From positions 230,832 to 294,831 of the forward strand of contig CALOFL010000023.1 in assembly GCA_942492615.1 (NCBI GenBank): a stretch of DNA of 64,000 nt, given 5' to 3'. Each line of letters opens with the position of its first letter. Positions within the stretch are counted from its first letter, which is position 1. Origin of the DNA: Candidatus Krumholzibacteriia bacterium (GTDB taxonomy: Bacteria; Krumholzibacteriota; Krumholzibacteriia; LZORAL124-64-63). Below the pieces are notes generated by a model that saw only the letters and a program-made list of their open reading frames with translations, was not told the DNA's origin and searched no databases. The position numbers and the translations under genes were made by a program. Below, piece after piece: positions 8,823 to 19,702 of the stretch.

Positions 8823-10112
8823 TCATGACGCCCGGCCTTCCTTCTGCTTGAACACCCGCGAGTCCGCCGCCCGCGGCAGGTTCCTCAGGACAGCGGACTG
8901 CGGCTTGACCAGCAGCATCTGGACGTTGCCGATGCGCCGCTCCCGGAACCCTCCCTCGCAGTAGGCGAAGTAGAAGTCCCAGCAGCGGAGAAAGCTCACG
9001 TCCTTGCCCCGGCCGACCAGTTCGGACCAGGCCGCCCGCAACCGCTCCCGCCAGATCCGCAGGGTCCGGGCGTAGTGGGCGGTCATGTCCTCCAGGTGGC
9101 CGATCTGCAGATCGGTCACCGCGCCCACCGTGCCGGCGATGACGCTGATCGAAGGCAGCACGCCGCCGGGGAAGATGTACTGTTTGATGAAATCGATGTG
9201 TTTCGCGTCATGGTCGAAATGCCGGTCGTCAACGACGATCGCCTGCAGGAGCATGGCGCCGTCATCCTTCAACAGCTTCGAGCAGCTGCCGAAATAGGCC
9301 GGGTAGTAGCGGACTCCGACCGCTTCGATCATCTCGAGCGACACCAGCTTGTCGTATTGCCCGGTCAGGTTCCGGTAGTCCTGCTGCAGAACGGTGATGC
9401 GGTCGTCCAGACCCAGTTCCTTCACCCGCTCGGCGGCGTAGCGAGCCTGTTCGGCGCTGATGGTGGTCGTCGTCACGCGGCAACCGTAATTGCGGACCGC
9501 GTGGATGGCGAAGCTGCCCCAGCCGGTGCCGATCTCGAGCACGTGATCTTCGGGACCGAGGGCGAGTTTGCGGCAGGCACGGTCCAGTTTCTCCCGCTGG
9601 GCCGATTCCAGGTCCGCCGCTTCGGCGGTGAAGAAGGCGCTCGAATAGGTGAGGCTGGGATCGAGGAAGGCGGCGAAGAAGTCCTCCCCCAGATCATAAT
9701 GTGTCGCGATGTTCTTCTTCGCCCCGGCCACGGTGTTGCGCCGGGTCCACAGCGCGGCGCGATGCACCGGCGCCAGCAGACCCAGCGTCGGCGCCGTCCA
9801 CCGCCGCAGCACCTTCTCGTTGCGGGCCAGAATGCGCATCAGGGTGACCGGATCCTCGCAGCCCCACCAGCCCTCCATGTAGGCCCGGCCCGTACCGGCG
9901 CTCTGCTTCAGCAGCACCGCGGGATAAAACGACGGATCCCAGACCTCGATCTCGACCGTGAAGTCCGCCGGTGCCGACGCCGGCCCCACCGCGCGGCAGC
10001 CTTCGGCGTCGCGAATGACGATACGGCCCTCCGTGAGGCCGTCCAGGACACGCAGCAGCAGGTGGCGGCAGATCTTCTGCCAGCGATTGGGTGGGCGCAG
10101 CGTTCGGCTCAC
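8823..10112 (-). CDS. Cyclopropane-fatty-acyl-phospholipid synthase family SAM methyltransferase, first paralog
   Basis: SAM-binding motif VLEIGTGWGSFAIHAV and CMAS-family C-terminus. GTG start with AAGGAG Shine-Dalgarno that overlaps the stop codon of the upstream DUF1365 gene. Confidence 0.8.
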   Translation of the reverse strand: MSRTLRPPNRWQKICRHLLLRVLDGLTEGRIVIRDAEGCRAVGPASAPADFTVEIEVWDPSFYPAVLLKQSAGTGRAYMEGWWGCEDPVTLMRILARNEKVLRRWTAPTLGLLAPVHRAALWTRRNTVAGAKKNIATHYDLGEDFFAAFLDPSLTYSSAFFTAEAADLESAQREKLDRACRKLALGPEDHVLEIGTGWGSFAIHAVRNYGCRVTTTTISAEQARYAAERVKELGLDDRITVLQQDYRNLTGQYDKLVSLEMIEAVGVRYYPAYFGSCSKLLKDDGAMLLQAIVVDDRHFDHDAKHIDFIKQYIFPGGVLPSISVIAGTVGAVTDLQIGHLEDMTAHYARTLRIWRERLRAAWSELVGRGKDVSFLRCWDFYFAYCEGGFRERRIGNVQMLLVKPQSAVLRNLPRAADSRVFKQKEGRAS

Positions 10113-10122
10113 GTTCGGCTCC

Positions 10123-10881
10123 TTACCGTTCGTCCGGATGGGGAACGTAGGGTATGCGTTTGATCCACAGGCGCAGCGCCTGCCAGTAGATGCCGACGAC
10201 GACCTTCACCGTCTGCCACGGGTAGCCCCACACGAGGCGGTTGAGGCTGGCGCCCGTCAATGCGCTGCGCTTCAGCGCAAAAGTGGCGTCGAAGAGTCGG
10301 CCCTCGGCGTCGTGGTTCTCGATGCCCACCAAAAGGTCATCGGCCGGCGTCCGCAACAGCCAGCGGTATTCCATGTCCATTGCGATGAACGGGGAGACAT
10401 GGAAGACCTTGGGCGTGACCGGGTGCCAGCTGCCCTTGTCGTCCGGCTCGCCGAGGGGGCCCAGCACGTAGGCATGGCTTTCTCCCCAGGGCGTGTTGGT
10501 GACATCGCCCACCACGTACCGCAGCTTCTCGCCGTCCGGTTCGAACACGTAGTAAAAACTGACGGGGTTGAAACAGACCCCCCAGTAACGGGGATGCGTC
10601 AGCAGCCGCACCGGGCCCGGCGGCCGCTCCCCCTTCTGGCGTTCGACTTCCTGGCGCACCGCATCAGCCAGGGGAACGTCCGCCGGGCCCAGGTAGTCCG
10701 CGCGGCGGAACCAGGCGGGAGCGAACCGCCGCGCCGACCACAGCGCGTGGCCGTCGAACAGTTCGGGCACCTCGTCCAGATCCAGGTAAAGCAGGCCGAA
10801 CTTGTAGCGGAAGTTGTGCCGGCGGGGACGGTGCCGGCGGTGGGTCACCCAGCCTTCATAGATCGCGCTCGCGGTCGCCAT
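10123..10881 (-). CDS. DUF1365 family protein
   Basis: MATASAIYEGWVTHRRHRPRRHNFRYKFGLLYLDLDE is typical of DUF1365. Its start overlaps the upstream stop in an ATGA arrangement. The ORF-track N-terminal extension was trimmed. Confidence 0.75.
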   Translation of the reverse strand: MATASAIYEGWVTHRRHRPRRHNFRYKFGLLYLDLDEVPELFDGHALWSARRFAPAWFRRADYLGPADVPLADAVRQEVERQKGERPPGPVRLLTHPRYWGVCFNPVSFYYVFEPDGEKLRYVVGDVTNTPWGESHAYVLGPLGEPDDKGSWHPVTPKVFHVSPFIAMDMEYRWLLRTPADDLLVGIENHDAEGRLFDATFALKRSALTGASLNRLVWGYPWQTVKVVVGIYWQALRLWIKRIPYVPHPDER

Positions 10882-12137
10882 CACAGCTCCTCCCCGAAGT
10901 GCCGGGCCACCCGCAGGGCGCTCTTCACGCCGTCTTCGTGAAAACCGTAGCCCCAGTAGGCGCCGCAGTAGTAGGTGTGATTCGGACCGTTCAACTCGTC
11001 GTGCCGGGGCTGCAGTCCCATCCCCCGGGCGTCGTACTGCGGATGGTGATAGGTGAATGCGGCGTGCACCTTGTCCCGGGCGACCGCTTCGGTGCGGTTC
11101 AGGGTCACCAGGTAGGGCGTTCGCGTGGCCAGGTTTTGCAGTCGGTTCTGATCGTAGGTCAGCGCCACCTTGTCCCGATCGTCCTGCAGGCGGTGGTAGT
11201 TCCAGCTCGACCACGCCGCCCGGCTGCGGGGCATCAGGCTGGTGTCCGAATGTAGGACCGTGGCGTTCGCGGCGTAGGGGAAAGCGCTGAGCATTTCGAT
11301 TTCGCGGGGCGTGGGATCCTTGAGCAGGGCAAGCGCCTGGTCGGCATGACAGGCCAGCACCACCTTGGCAAAACGTTCGCCACGGGCGGCGGCCGTCGTC
11401 ACTTCGATCCCCGTCTCGTCGCGCCGGATGCCGATAACCGGGGTCCCCAGCCGGATCCGGTCGCGGAACGGGGCCACCAGCTTCTCGACATAACGGGCCG
11501 AACCGCCGGTGATGGTGCGCCAGCGGGGACGGTCCCGAAACGATAGCAGGCCGTGGTTCTGGAAGAAGTTCACGAAGGCGCGCACGGGAAAGGCCCCCAT
11601 CTGGCGGCGGCTGCCCGACCAGATGGCCGCCGCCACGGGAAACAGGTGGTCCTCCTTGAAGGCGTCGTCGTACCCCTGGCGATCGAGATAGGTCTCCAGG
11701 TCGAGTGCGGCATCGGCGCGGCCGGCTTCCAGCAAGCGGGGCGCCTCCGCGTAGAAGCGCCGGATCTGCTTCAGCATGCGCCAGAAGCGGGGACGCACCA
11801 GATTGGCCCGCTGGGCAAAAAGACGGCTCAGGTCAGGCGCACCGTATTCGAGTCCGGTGTTCTCGTCGCTGAAGCTGAAACTCATGTCGCTCGGCTGGGA
11901 GGCCACCTCGAGCTGGTCGAGCAGTCGGCAGAACTGGGGGTAGGTCCGCTGGTTGTAGACGATGAAGCCGGTGTCCACTCCCAGGGTGGCGTCCCCCTCC
12001 GGAACGTCCACCGTATTGGTGTGGCCGCCGATGTAGTCGTTGGCTTCGAAAACAACCAGCTCGTGGCGCCGGGACAGCAGATGCGCCGCGGTCAAACCCG
12101 CGATACCGGTGCCTATGATGGCGATACGCTCGGCCAT
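10881..12137 (-). CDS. NAD(P)/FAD-binding amine-oxidase / phytoene-desaturase-like oxidoreductase
   Basis: Rossmann dinucleotide-binding motif IAIIGTGIAGLTAA...VVFEANDYIGGHTNT. It is the first gene of an operon with DUF1365 and two CFA-synthase-like genes. Confidence 0.8.
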   Translation of the reverse strand: MAERIAIIGTGIAGLTAAHLLSRRHELVVFEANDYIGGHTNTVDVPEGDATLGVDTGFIVYNQRTYPQFCRLLDQLEVASQPSDMSFSFSDENTGLEYGAPDLSRLFAQRANLVRPRFWRMLKQIRRFYAEAPRLLEAGRADAALDLETYLDRQGYDDAFKEDHLFPVAAAIWSGSRRQMGAFPVRAFVNFFQNHGLLSFRDRPRWRTITGGSARYVEKLVAPFRDRIRLGTPVIGIRRDETGIEVTTAAARGERFAKVVLACHADQALALLKDPTPREIEMLSAFPYAANATVLHSDTSLMPRSRAAWSSWNYHRLQDDRDKVALTYDQNRLQNLATRTPYLVTLNRTEAVARDKVHAAFTYHHPQYDARGMGLQPRHDELNGPNHTYYCGAYWGYGFHEDGVKSALRVARHFGEEL

Positions 12138-12567
12138 GCGACATCCACACTCCACGATGGTCCTCACCCTCGACACGCCGGGCATGCAATCCGGTATCGG
12201 CGCCGGCCCGAGCGTCAGACACTAGTACCTTTCGATCCGGATCGCCACGGGAAAGCCTGTTCCGCCATCAGGTTCTGCCGCCGGCGGCAGCGCTGCGCCG
12301 AGCGCGACTGAGCAGAGGCGTCGAAGCGGAATTTTCCAGACTTCCGCGGCCCGGCAAGGCGTCTGCCGCGTCCGCACGCTGCTCGCCGCAAATTTTTCCT
12401 GCACCCGAAACCCATGCCACTGTGGCACTTATCCTACAACCAACCAGATAAAATGATCCCTGATCCGCTTAATGTGATTTTGGGGTTGACAGAGGCATGC
12501 CTGTATAGCTATTGTACTGGACATGTCTCAGACGAAAAGAACACAACTCCAACAAAGGACCAGAACA

Positions 12568-13698
12568 ATGAAGACGCAGCGTACCTGGATCGTGATGATC
12601 GCCCTGCTGGCCCTGCTTGTCAGCGCCGCCGGGTGCTCGGACGACTCGAACCCCCTGTCCCCGGCCGGCAACGACGACGGCCTGAATGATGTGACCAACA
12701 ACGAAGCCGCCAAAGACGGCCTCGATATCGTCGAAACCGCCGTAGCGGCCGGTGCCTTCGAGACGCTGGTGGCCGCCGTACAGGCAGCCGGGCTGGAAGA
12801 CGCCCTGCGCGGTGAAGGCCCCCTGACGGTTTTTGCCCCCACGGATGAAGCTTTCGCCAATCTGCCTGACGGTCTCGTCGAGCAGCTGCTGCTGCCGCGT
12901 AACCAGGGCAAGCTCCAGGAGCTCCTGACCTACCACGTCGTGGCGGCCGAAATCTTCGCCAGCGACCTGCGTCGCTACCAGTTCACCAAGACCCTCTCCG
13001 GCAAGTACCTGTGGATCCGCAAGCTGTGGAGCGGCACCGTGCGCGTCAACAACGCGACCGTCACCACCGCCGATGTCGAGGCCAGCAATGGCGTCATCCA
13101 CATCATCAACAAGGTCCTGATTCCGCGCGGCTTCGAGCTGGAAGCGGATGATCCGGCGCCCACCAGGGACCTCGTAGACACGGCGATCGCTGCCGGTGGC
13201 TTCGAGACTCTGGTCGCCGCCGCCACCGCCGCTGACCTGGTGGACGCCCTGCGCGATCCTTCTCCCAAGACGGTCTTCGCCCCGACGGACGAGGCCTTTG
13301 CCAAGCTGCCCCAGGACCTGGTCGCCGCTCTCCTGCTCGAGGAGAACAAGGCCAAGCTCCAGGAGCTGCTGCTCTATCACGTGGTCGGCGCCAAGGTGCT
13401 CGCCGGTGACCTGAGCTACTACCAGCGCGTGGAGACCCTGCAGGGCAGCAAGGTCAGCATCGTGAAGTGGTTCGGCAACGTGTGGGTCAACTGGTCCCGC
13501 GTGACGACCGCCGATGTCGAGGCCACCAACGGCGTCATCCACGTGATCAACCGGGTGCTCATCCCCCGCGGCTTCACCCTGGAGACCAACAACGCCGTCT
13601 ACACCAGCGAGAACCTGGAGGCCCTCGTGTCCTCCCAGTATCGCGACGAAGCGCCGCCGGCCAACTTCGAGCTCCAGTACATGGAGACCGTGAACTAG
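12568..13698 (+). CDS. Fasciclin (FAS1) domain lipoprotein with two FAS1 domains
   Basis: Lipoprotein signal MKTQRTWIVMIALLALLVSAAGC. Two repeats of the FAS1 signature (TVFAPTDEAF...HVV...TADVEA[ST]NGVIHxIN[KR]VLIP). Confidence 0.8.
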   Translation: MKTQRTWIVMIALLALLVSAAGCSDDSNPLSPAGNDDGLNDVTNNEAAKDGLDIVETAVAAGAFETLVAAVQAAGLEDALRGEGPLTVFAPTDEAFANLPDGLVEQLLLPRNQGKLQELLTYHVVAAEIFASDLRRYQFTKTLSGKYLWIRKLWSGTVRVNNATVTTADVEASNGVIHIINKVLIPRGFELEADDPAPTRDLVDTAIAAGGFETLVAAATAADLVDALRDPSPKTVFAPTDEAFAKLPQDLVAALLLEENKAKLQELLLYHVVGAKVLAGDLSYYQRVETLQGSKVSIVKWFGNVWVNWSRVTTADVEATNGVIHVINRVLIPRGFTLETNNAVYTSENLEALVSSQYRDEAPPANFELQYMETVN

Positions 13699-13716
13699 CC
13701 GACGCATTGCAGACAA

Positions 13717-13753
13717 CGGGCGGGTCGCTTGAGCGGCCCGCCCGTTTCTTTTT
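13717..13753 (+). terminator. Rho-independent terminator after the fasciclin gene
   Basis: Stem cgggcgggtcgc / gcggcccgcccg (12 bp, one G-U pair), 4-nt loop, followed by tttcttttt. Confidence 0.7.
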
Positions 13754-13987
13754 GCCGGGACCATTCTTCCGCCGAGGGACGTCCGACCCGGCCACAAGGG
13801 TGGTAAGCCGCGACCCGCATCGATCCTGGTCGGGAAGCCGGGTGGGCGGGCATGGGTCTTCGCCGGCTGGCGGATCGGGGGTTCCGGCCATCGGATTTTG
13901 TCGAGAACAGCTCCGGCGGTGGATGTTTCCCCGCCCCTGTGATAGATTCCGGCGGAGATTTTTGCGCAGGCCCGGAAGGAGCGTGTC

Positions 13988-15088
<1,101 letters not shown>

Positions 15089-15117
15089 AAACCTGACCAC
15101 CGCCGAAAGCGTAGGAC

Positions 15118-15702
15118 ATGCGATACACCACCGATATCGTCGTCATCGACTTGGAGGCCAGCTGCCCGGCCGAGGACCAGGGCAACAATTCCGTCGAGCG
15201 CAGCAGCATCATCGAGATCGGGGCCGTGCGCCTGGACCGGCGTAGCCTCGAAATCACCGCCGAATTCAGCGAACTCGTCCGGCCCGAGGACCATCCCATC
15301 GTGCCGTTCATCACCGAGATCACCGGCATCACGCCGGACATGGTGCGCGGCAAGGACACGTTTGCCGAGGTGGGCCGGCGATTCCTCGAATGGTACGGCC
15401 CCCGCAACAAGGCCATCATCGCGGCTTTCGGCGCCTATTACGACATTCCGCTCCTGCGCAAGGAATGCGGCCGCTACGGACTGGACTACCGGACCCACAT
15501 CGCCGGCGGGGCCTTCGACCTGCGCGCGGTCGGCACCGTGTGGCTGGCGGCCAACAACCACCGCACCAGCGGGCTGACCCTCGGTTCGATCCTGGAAAAG
15601 ATGGGCCTGGCCGACCGTTTTGCCGCCCACCGCGCGGTCGAGGACGCCAAGGCCGCAGCGGCTGTCCTGCAGCTGCACCACCTGGGACGGGCCCTGGACT
15701 GA
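15118..15702 (+). CDS. DEDDh-type 3'-5' exonuclease (DnaQ/RNase T-like fold)
   Basis: Exo I motif VVIDLEAS, later acidic residues and HRAVEDA (Exo III-like His motif). Confidence 0.7.
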   Translation: MRYTTDIVVIDLEASCPAEDQGNNSVERSSIIEIGAVRLDRRSLEITAEFSELVRPEDHPIVPFITEITGITPDMVRGKDTFAEVGRRFLEWYGPRNKAIIAAFGAYYDIPLLRKECGRYGLDYRTHIAGGAFDLRAVGTVWLAANNHRTSGLTLGSILEKMGLADRFAAHRAVEDAKAAAAVLQLHHLGRALD

Positions 15703-15815
15703 CCGTCCGTCCGGGGCCCGATTCCGCTTGAATCCTCGCCTTCAGTTCACCATTTTGGCAGGGTACTGGCCGCGATCGCGAAACCTGCGCCGGAAATGGT
15801 CGAGAGGAGACCCCC

Positions 15816-18161
15816 GTGTCTGATGCCACCAGACTTTATGAAGCCCAGAAGGGCAACTTCGCCCGTTGGGAAATTCTGAAGGATGTCATCGATCAGCAGA
15901 TCGACCTGATGCTCAACTACCGTCAGAGCGGGCACCCCGGCGGCAGCCGTTCGAAGGTGCACTATTTCGTCAGCCTGCTGCTGAGCGGCGCCATGCGCTG
16001 GGACATCCGTCATCCGGAAAAAAGATTCGGCGACCGCTTCATCCTCGTGGCCGGCCACACCGCCCCGCTGATCTACGCCACCTTGACCGTCTTCAACGAA
16101 GCCCTGCGCGTCATGCACGAGAAGACCGGCGACGCCAAGTACCTCGTCCACGGCGGCCGCGAACGCATGCTGACCTGGGAAGACCTCCTGGGCTTCCGCA
16201 ACATGAACGGCCTGCCCGGCCACGTCGAGATGGCCGGCAAGAACCTGTTCGTCAAGTTCAATACCGGCCCCAGCGGCCACGGCGCCCCCGTCTGCGCCGG
16301 CGAGGCGATCGCGCTCAAACGCGCCGGGGCCACGGGCGTGAAGGTGTTCGGGTTCGAGGGTGAAGGCGGCCATACGGCCGGAGTCTGGCACGAGACCAAG
16401 AACTCGGCCTACGGCCTGGGCCTCGACAACCTCAACATCGTCCTGGACTGGAATGATTTCGGGATCGACGCCCACCGCACCAGCTCCATCGTTGCCGGCA
16501 CGCCGCGCGACTGGTTCGACTCGTACGGCTGGCACGTGCACGAGGCCGCCGACGGCAGCGACTGGAATGACGTCATGAAGGCCATGTCCGCGATGGTAAG
16601 TGGCGACAATCCCGCTCAGCGCCCGGGCATGATGTTCGGCCGGACCATCAAGGGGCGCGGCTACCACAAGATCGACGCGCCCAGCCACGGCGCACCCCAC
16701 GCCATGAACAGCGAGCTGTTCTGGCAGTGCCGCGCCGACTTCGCGAAGATCTACGGCGTGAAGTGGCACGGCACCGACGAACCGGCTCCCGCCGACGCCG
16801 ATCAGCGGCGCCAGCAGTACGCCGACAACCTGAACGTGGCGCTGGACGTTCTGCGCCAGGACGACGACCTGGTCCGGTATCTGGCCGACCGTCTGGTGGA
16901 GATCGGCGACAGCGTTCCGGAGGATATTCCCGGGTTCGCGCTGCCGGCGGACAGGAATCCCCTCGATGACGACACGCTGTTCGATTTCGAATCCTACCCC
17001 GCCGAGATGTGGGCCGATCCCGGAACCAAGCAGCCGAACCGTGCCGGCTTCGCCCGGTGGGGCAGCTACATCAACAGCTACTGCCAGCAGAAATACGGGC
17101 GGCCGCTGTTCCTTGTCTGCAGTGCCGATCTGGCCGGTTCGACCAACATCGCCGGTTTCGGCGACCCCTTCGGCGACATGAAGAACACCGGCTGGTTCAA
17201 CCGCGACACGAATCCCGACGGCGTCATTCTGCCCCAGGGCATCACCGAATTCGCCAACGCCGGCATCATGGTGGGCGCCGCCTCGGTCAACATGTCCCCG
17301 GACCCGGAGAACGAATTCAACGGCTTCTACACCGCCAGCAGCACTTACGGTTCGTTCAGTTACCTGAAGTACGGCGCCATGCGCCTCTACAGCCAGATGG
17401 ACCAGGACTGCGAGCTGAAACTGGGCAAGACCATCTGGGTGGCCGGCCACAGCGGTCCCGAGACGGCCGAGGACAGCCGGACCCACTTCGGCATCTTCAG
17501 CCCCGCGACCACGCAGCTGTTCCCCGACGGCCACGTGATCGACATCCATCCGTGGGAATTCAACGAGGTGCCGGTATTGCTGGCGGCGGCCATGAAGACC
17601 GACCGCCCGGTGATCGCCCTGCACCTGACCCGCCCCGGCGTGGAGATCCCCGACCGCGAGGCGCTGGGCCTGGGTTCGTTCAAGGAAGCGGCCAAGGGAG
17701 CGTATGTCCTGCGCGACTACAAGGACGGTATGCCCCGCCAGGGCGTCGTCATGATCCAGGGTACGATGAGCACCTACAATCTCATCGCGGCCCTGCCGGC
17801 CATCGACGCCGCCGGGGTGAACGTCAAGATCGTTGCGGTGCCCAGCCCCCAGCTGTTCCACCTGCAGGACGAGGAGTACCAGAACAGCGTGCTGAGCACC
17901 GGCGACATGCTCAACAGCACGTACATCACGAACCGGGCCCGCCGCACCATGGTCGACTGGAACTTCAATCCGCTGGCCGACCGCTATGCGATGACCAGCG
18001 ACTGGGACGACATGTGGCGGCCCGGCGGATCACTGGACGAGGTCTGCGAGAACGCCGGACTCGATCCGGATTCCCTGGCCCGGGGCGTTGTCGCCTTCGC
18101 CGAGGACTTCGAAGCGAGGATGGCCGAACTGGAAACGATGCTCGGGCACGCGCGCGGCTGA
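15816..18161 (+). CDS. Transketolase family thiamine-diphosphate enzyme (unusually long at 781 aa)
   Basis: TPP-binding motifs SGHPGGS, VAGHTAPLIYA and GEGGHTAGVWHE...DWNDFGIDA. GTG start with AGGAGA Shine-Dalgarno. The antisense 704-aa ORF was rejected. Confidence 0.7.
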   Translation: MSDATRLYEAQKGNFARWEILKDVIDQQIDLMLNYRQSGHPGGSRSKVHYFVSLLLSGAMRWDIRHPEKRFGDRFILVAGHTAPLIYATLTVFNEALRVMHEKTGDAKYLVHGGRERMLTWEDLLGFRNMNGLPGHVEMAGKNLFVKFNTGPSGHGAPVCAGEAIALKRAGATGVKVFGFEGEGGHTAGVWHETKNSAYGLGLDNLNIVLDWNDFGIDAHRTSSIVAGTPRDWFDSYGWHVHEAADGSDWNDVMKAMSAMVSGDNPAQRPGMMFGRTIKGRGYHKIDAPSHGAPHAMNSELFWQCRADFAKIYGVKWHGTDEPAPADADQRRQQYADNLNVALDVLRQDDDLVRYLADRLVEIGDSVPEDIPGFALPADRNPLDDDTLFDFESYPAEMWADPGTKQPNRAGFARWGSYINSYCQQKYGRPLFLVCSADLAGSTNIAGFGDPFGDMKNTGWFNRDTNPDGVILPQGITEFANAGIMVGAASVNMSPDPENEFNGFYTASSTYGSFSYLKYGAMRLYSQMDQDCELKLGKTIWVAGHSGPETAEDSRTHFGIFSPATTQLFPDGHVIDIHPWEFNEVPVLLAAAMKTDRPVIALHLTRPGVEIPDREALGLGSFKEAAKGAYVLRDYKDGMPRQGVVMIQGTMSTYNLIAALPAIDAAGVNVKIVAVPSPQLFHLQDEEYQNSVLSTGDMLNSTYITNRARRTMVDWNFNPLADRYAMTSDWDDMWRPGGSLDEVCENAGLDPDSLARGVVAFAEDFEARMAELETMLGHARG

Positions 18162-18185
18162 TCCGGTCCGCCCCCGCACAAACGA

Positions 18186-18218
18186 CCGGCCCCAGCCTGC
18201 TGGCTGGGGCCGGTTTTT
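18186..18218 (+). terminator. Rho-independent terminator after the transketolase gene
   Basis: ccggccccagcc tgct ggctggggccgg followed by ttttt. Confidence 0.75.
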
Positions 18219-18400
18219 CTGGTAGCGGATCGGAAACCCGACCCGTTGAGGGCAACGCCACGGGGGAACGCAACGTTCGTCGCCCTGTGCGGTCAACATA
18301 CTCATTACACCGGTCGACCGGCAACCCCGGCATTGTCTCGGGGCCCGGCCCGCGGTAGACTGGGAGCGGCCAACTCCCCTCACCTCACAAGGATGCCTTC

Positions 18401-19687
18401 ATGCGTAATTTTCCGGCAACTCCGCTCGCGGCCCTGCTGGCCCTCATCGCTCTCATGCCGACCGGCGCCTGCAGCGCTCAGGAAGAGATCGGCACGGTCC
18501 GGTTCATCGAAAGCTGGCCTGCCGAAACCGCCCTGGACCTCCCGGATCTGGAGGATGCGGCGGTCGTCTGGCCCCGGATCATCGGCGCGACCAGCGCCAG
18601 CTTCAAGGTGGCCAGCTTCTACTACAGCCGCAGCGGCGACGGCAAGGACGCCGGCGCTCCCGACGGGACGCCGGACCGGCTCGTCCCGGTGCTGGACGGC
18701 CTGGCCGCCGCCGCCGGCCGCGGGGTCGACGTCCGGATGCTCGCCGACAGCAAGTTCCTCGCGACGTACCCCGAGGTCCCTGCCTGGATGAACACCGTCG
18801 ACGGGGCCGAATCCCGCACCTTCGATGCCGGCGCCCACTTCGGCGGTGTCCTGCACGCCAAGTACTTCGTCAGCGACGACGACCTCCTGTTCATCGGCAG
18901 CCAGAACTGGGACTGGCGGGCCCTGGATCAGATCCATGAACTGGGTGCGCTGGTCCGCCACCGCGGGCTGGCCGGCGACCTGGGCCGGATCTTCGCCATG
19001 GATTGGGATCTCGCGGCCGCCCCGCCCCCCGCCGACGGGCCCGTACCCGAGGTGGACCACCACGACCAGGCCGGGTTGTTCGACCTGCCCGGCTCGCTGG
19101 TCGTGACCGCCGCCGGCGATACCGTCAGTGCCCTGATCACCGCCAGCCCGGCCTCGGCCCTGCCCGCGGGCGTGCCCTGGGACCTGCCGCTGCTGGTGGA
19201 AATGATCGACGCCGCCCGCGACTCGGTGCACCTGCAGCTGCTGTCCTACGGCATGACCGATCGCGAGGGCCGGCTCTTCGACGATCTGGACCGGGCCCTG
19301 CGCCGCGCCGCCGTCCGCAAGGTCACCGTCAGGATCATCCTGTCGAACTGGTCGAAATCGCGGTACAGCATCCCCTGGATCCAGAGCCTGGCGGTCGTGC
19401 CGAACCTCGAGATCCGCTTCACCAACATCCCCGAGTATTCACGCGGCTTCATACCCTTTGCCCGGGTCGAGCACGCCAAATACCTGACCGTCGACGGACA
19501 GATACTATGGCTGGGCACGTCCAACTGGTCGCGGGGATACTTCTACGATTCGCGCAACGTGGGTCTGATCTGCCGCGGATCGGGCGCCGCCGCCGACTGC
19601 GACCGGTTCTTCAACCTCAGCTGGCATAGCACCTACGCCGAAACCGTCGACCCGTGCGCGACCTACCAGCCGCCACGGCGCAATTGA
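18401..19687 (+). CDS. Secreted phospholipase D superfamily protein with two HKD motifs
   Basis: Signal peptide with Cys (MPTGAC). HAKYFVSDDDLLFIGSQNW and HAKYLTVDGQILWLGTSNWS match the HxKx4Dx6GSxN motif. Confidence 0.8.
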   Translation: MRNFPATPLAALLALIALMPTGACSAQEEIGTVRFIESWPAETALDLPDLEDAAVVWPRIIGATSASFKVASFYYSRSGDGKDAGAPDGTPDRLVPVLDGLAAAAGRGVDVRMLADSKFLATYPEVPAWMNTVDGAESRTFDAGAHFGGVLHAKYFVSDDDLLFIGSQNWDWRALDQIHELGALVRHRGLAGDLGRIFAMDWDLAAAPPPADGPVPEVDHHDQAGLFDLPGSLVVTAAGDTVSALITASPASALPAGVPWDLPLLVEMIDAARDSVHLQLLSYGMTDREGRLFDDLDRALRRAAVRKVTVRIILSNWSKSRYSIPWIQSLAVVPNLEIRFTNIPEYSRGFIPFARVEHAKYLTVDGQILWLGTSNWSRGYFYDSRNVGLICRGSGAAADCDRFFNLSWHSTYAETVDPCATYQPPRRN

Positions 19688-19702
19688 ACCGAAAGGACAA
19701 CC

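Noticed and set aside
15747-17861. 704-aa minus-strand ORF overlapping transketolase
   Set aside because: Antisense artefact. The plus frame carries clear TPP-enzyme motifs.
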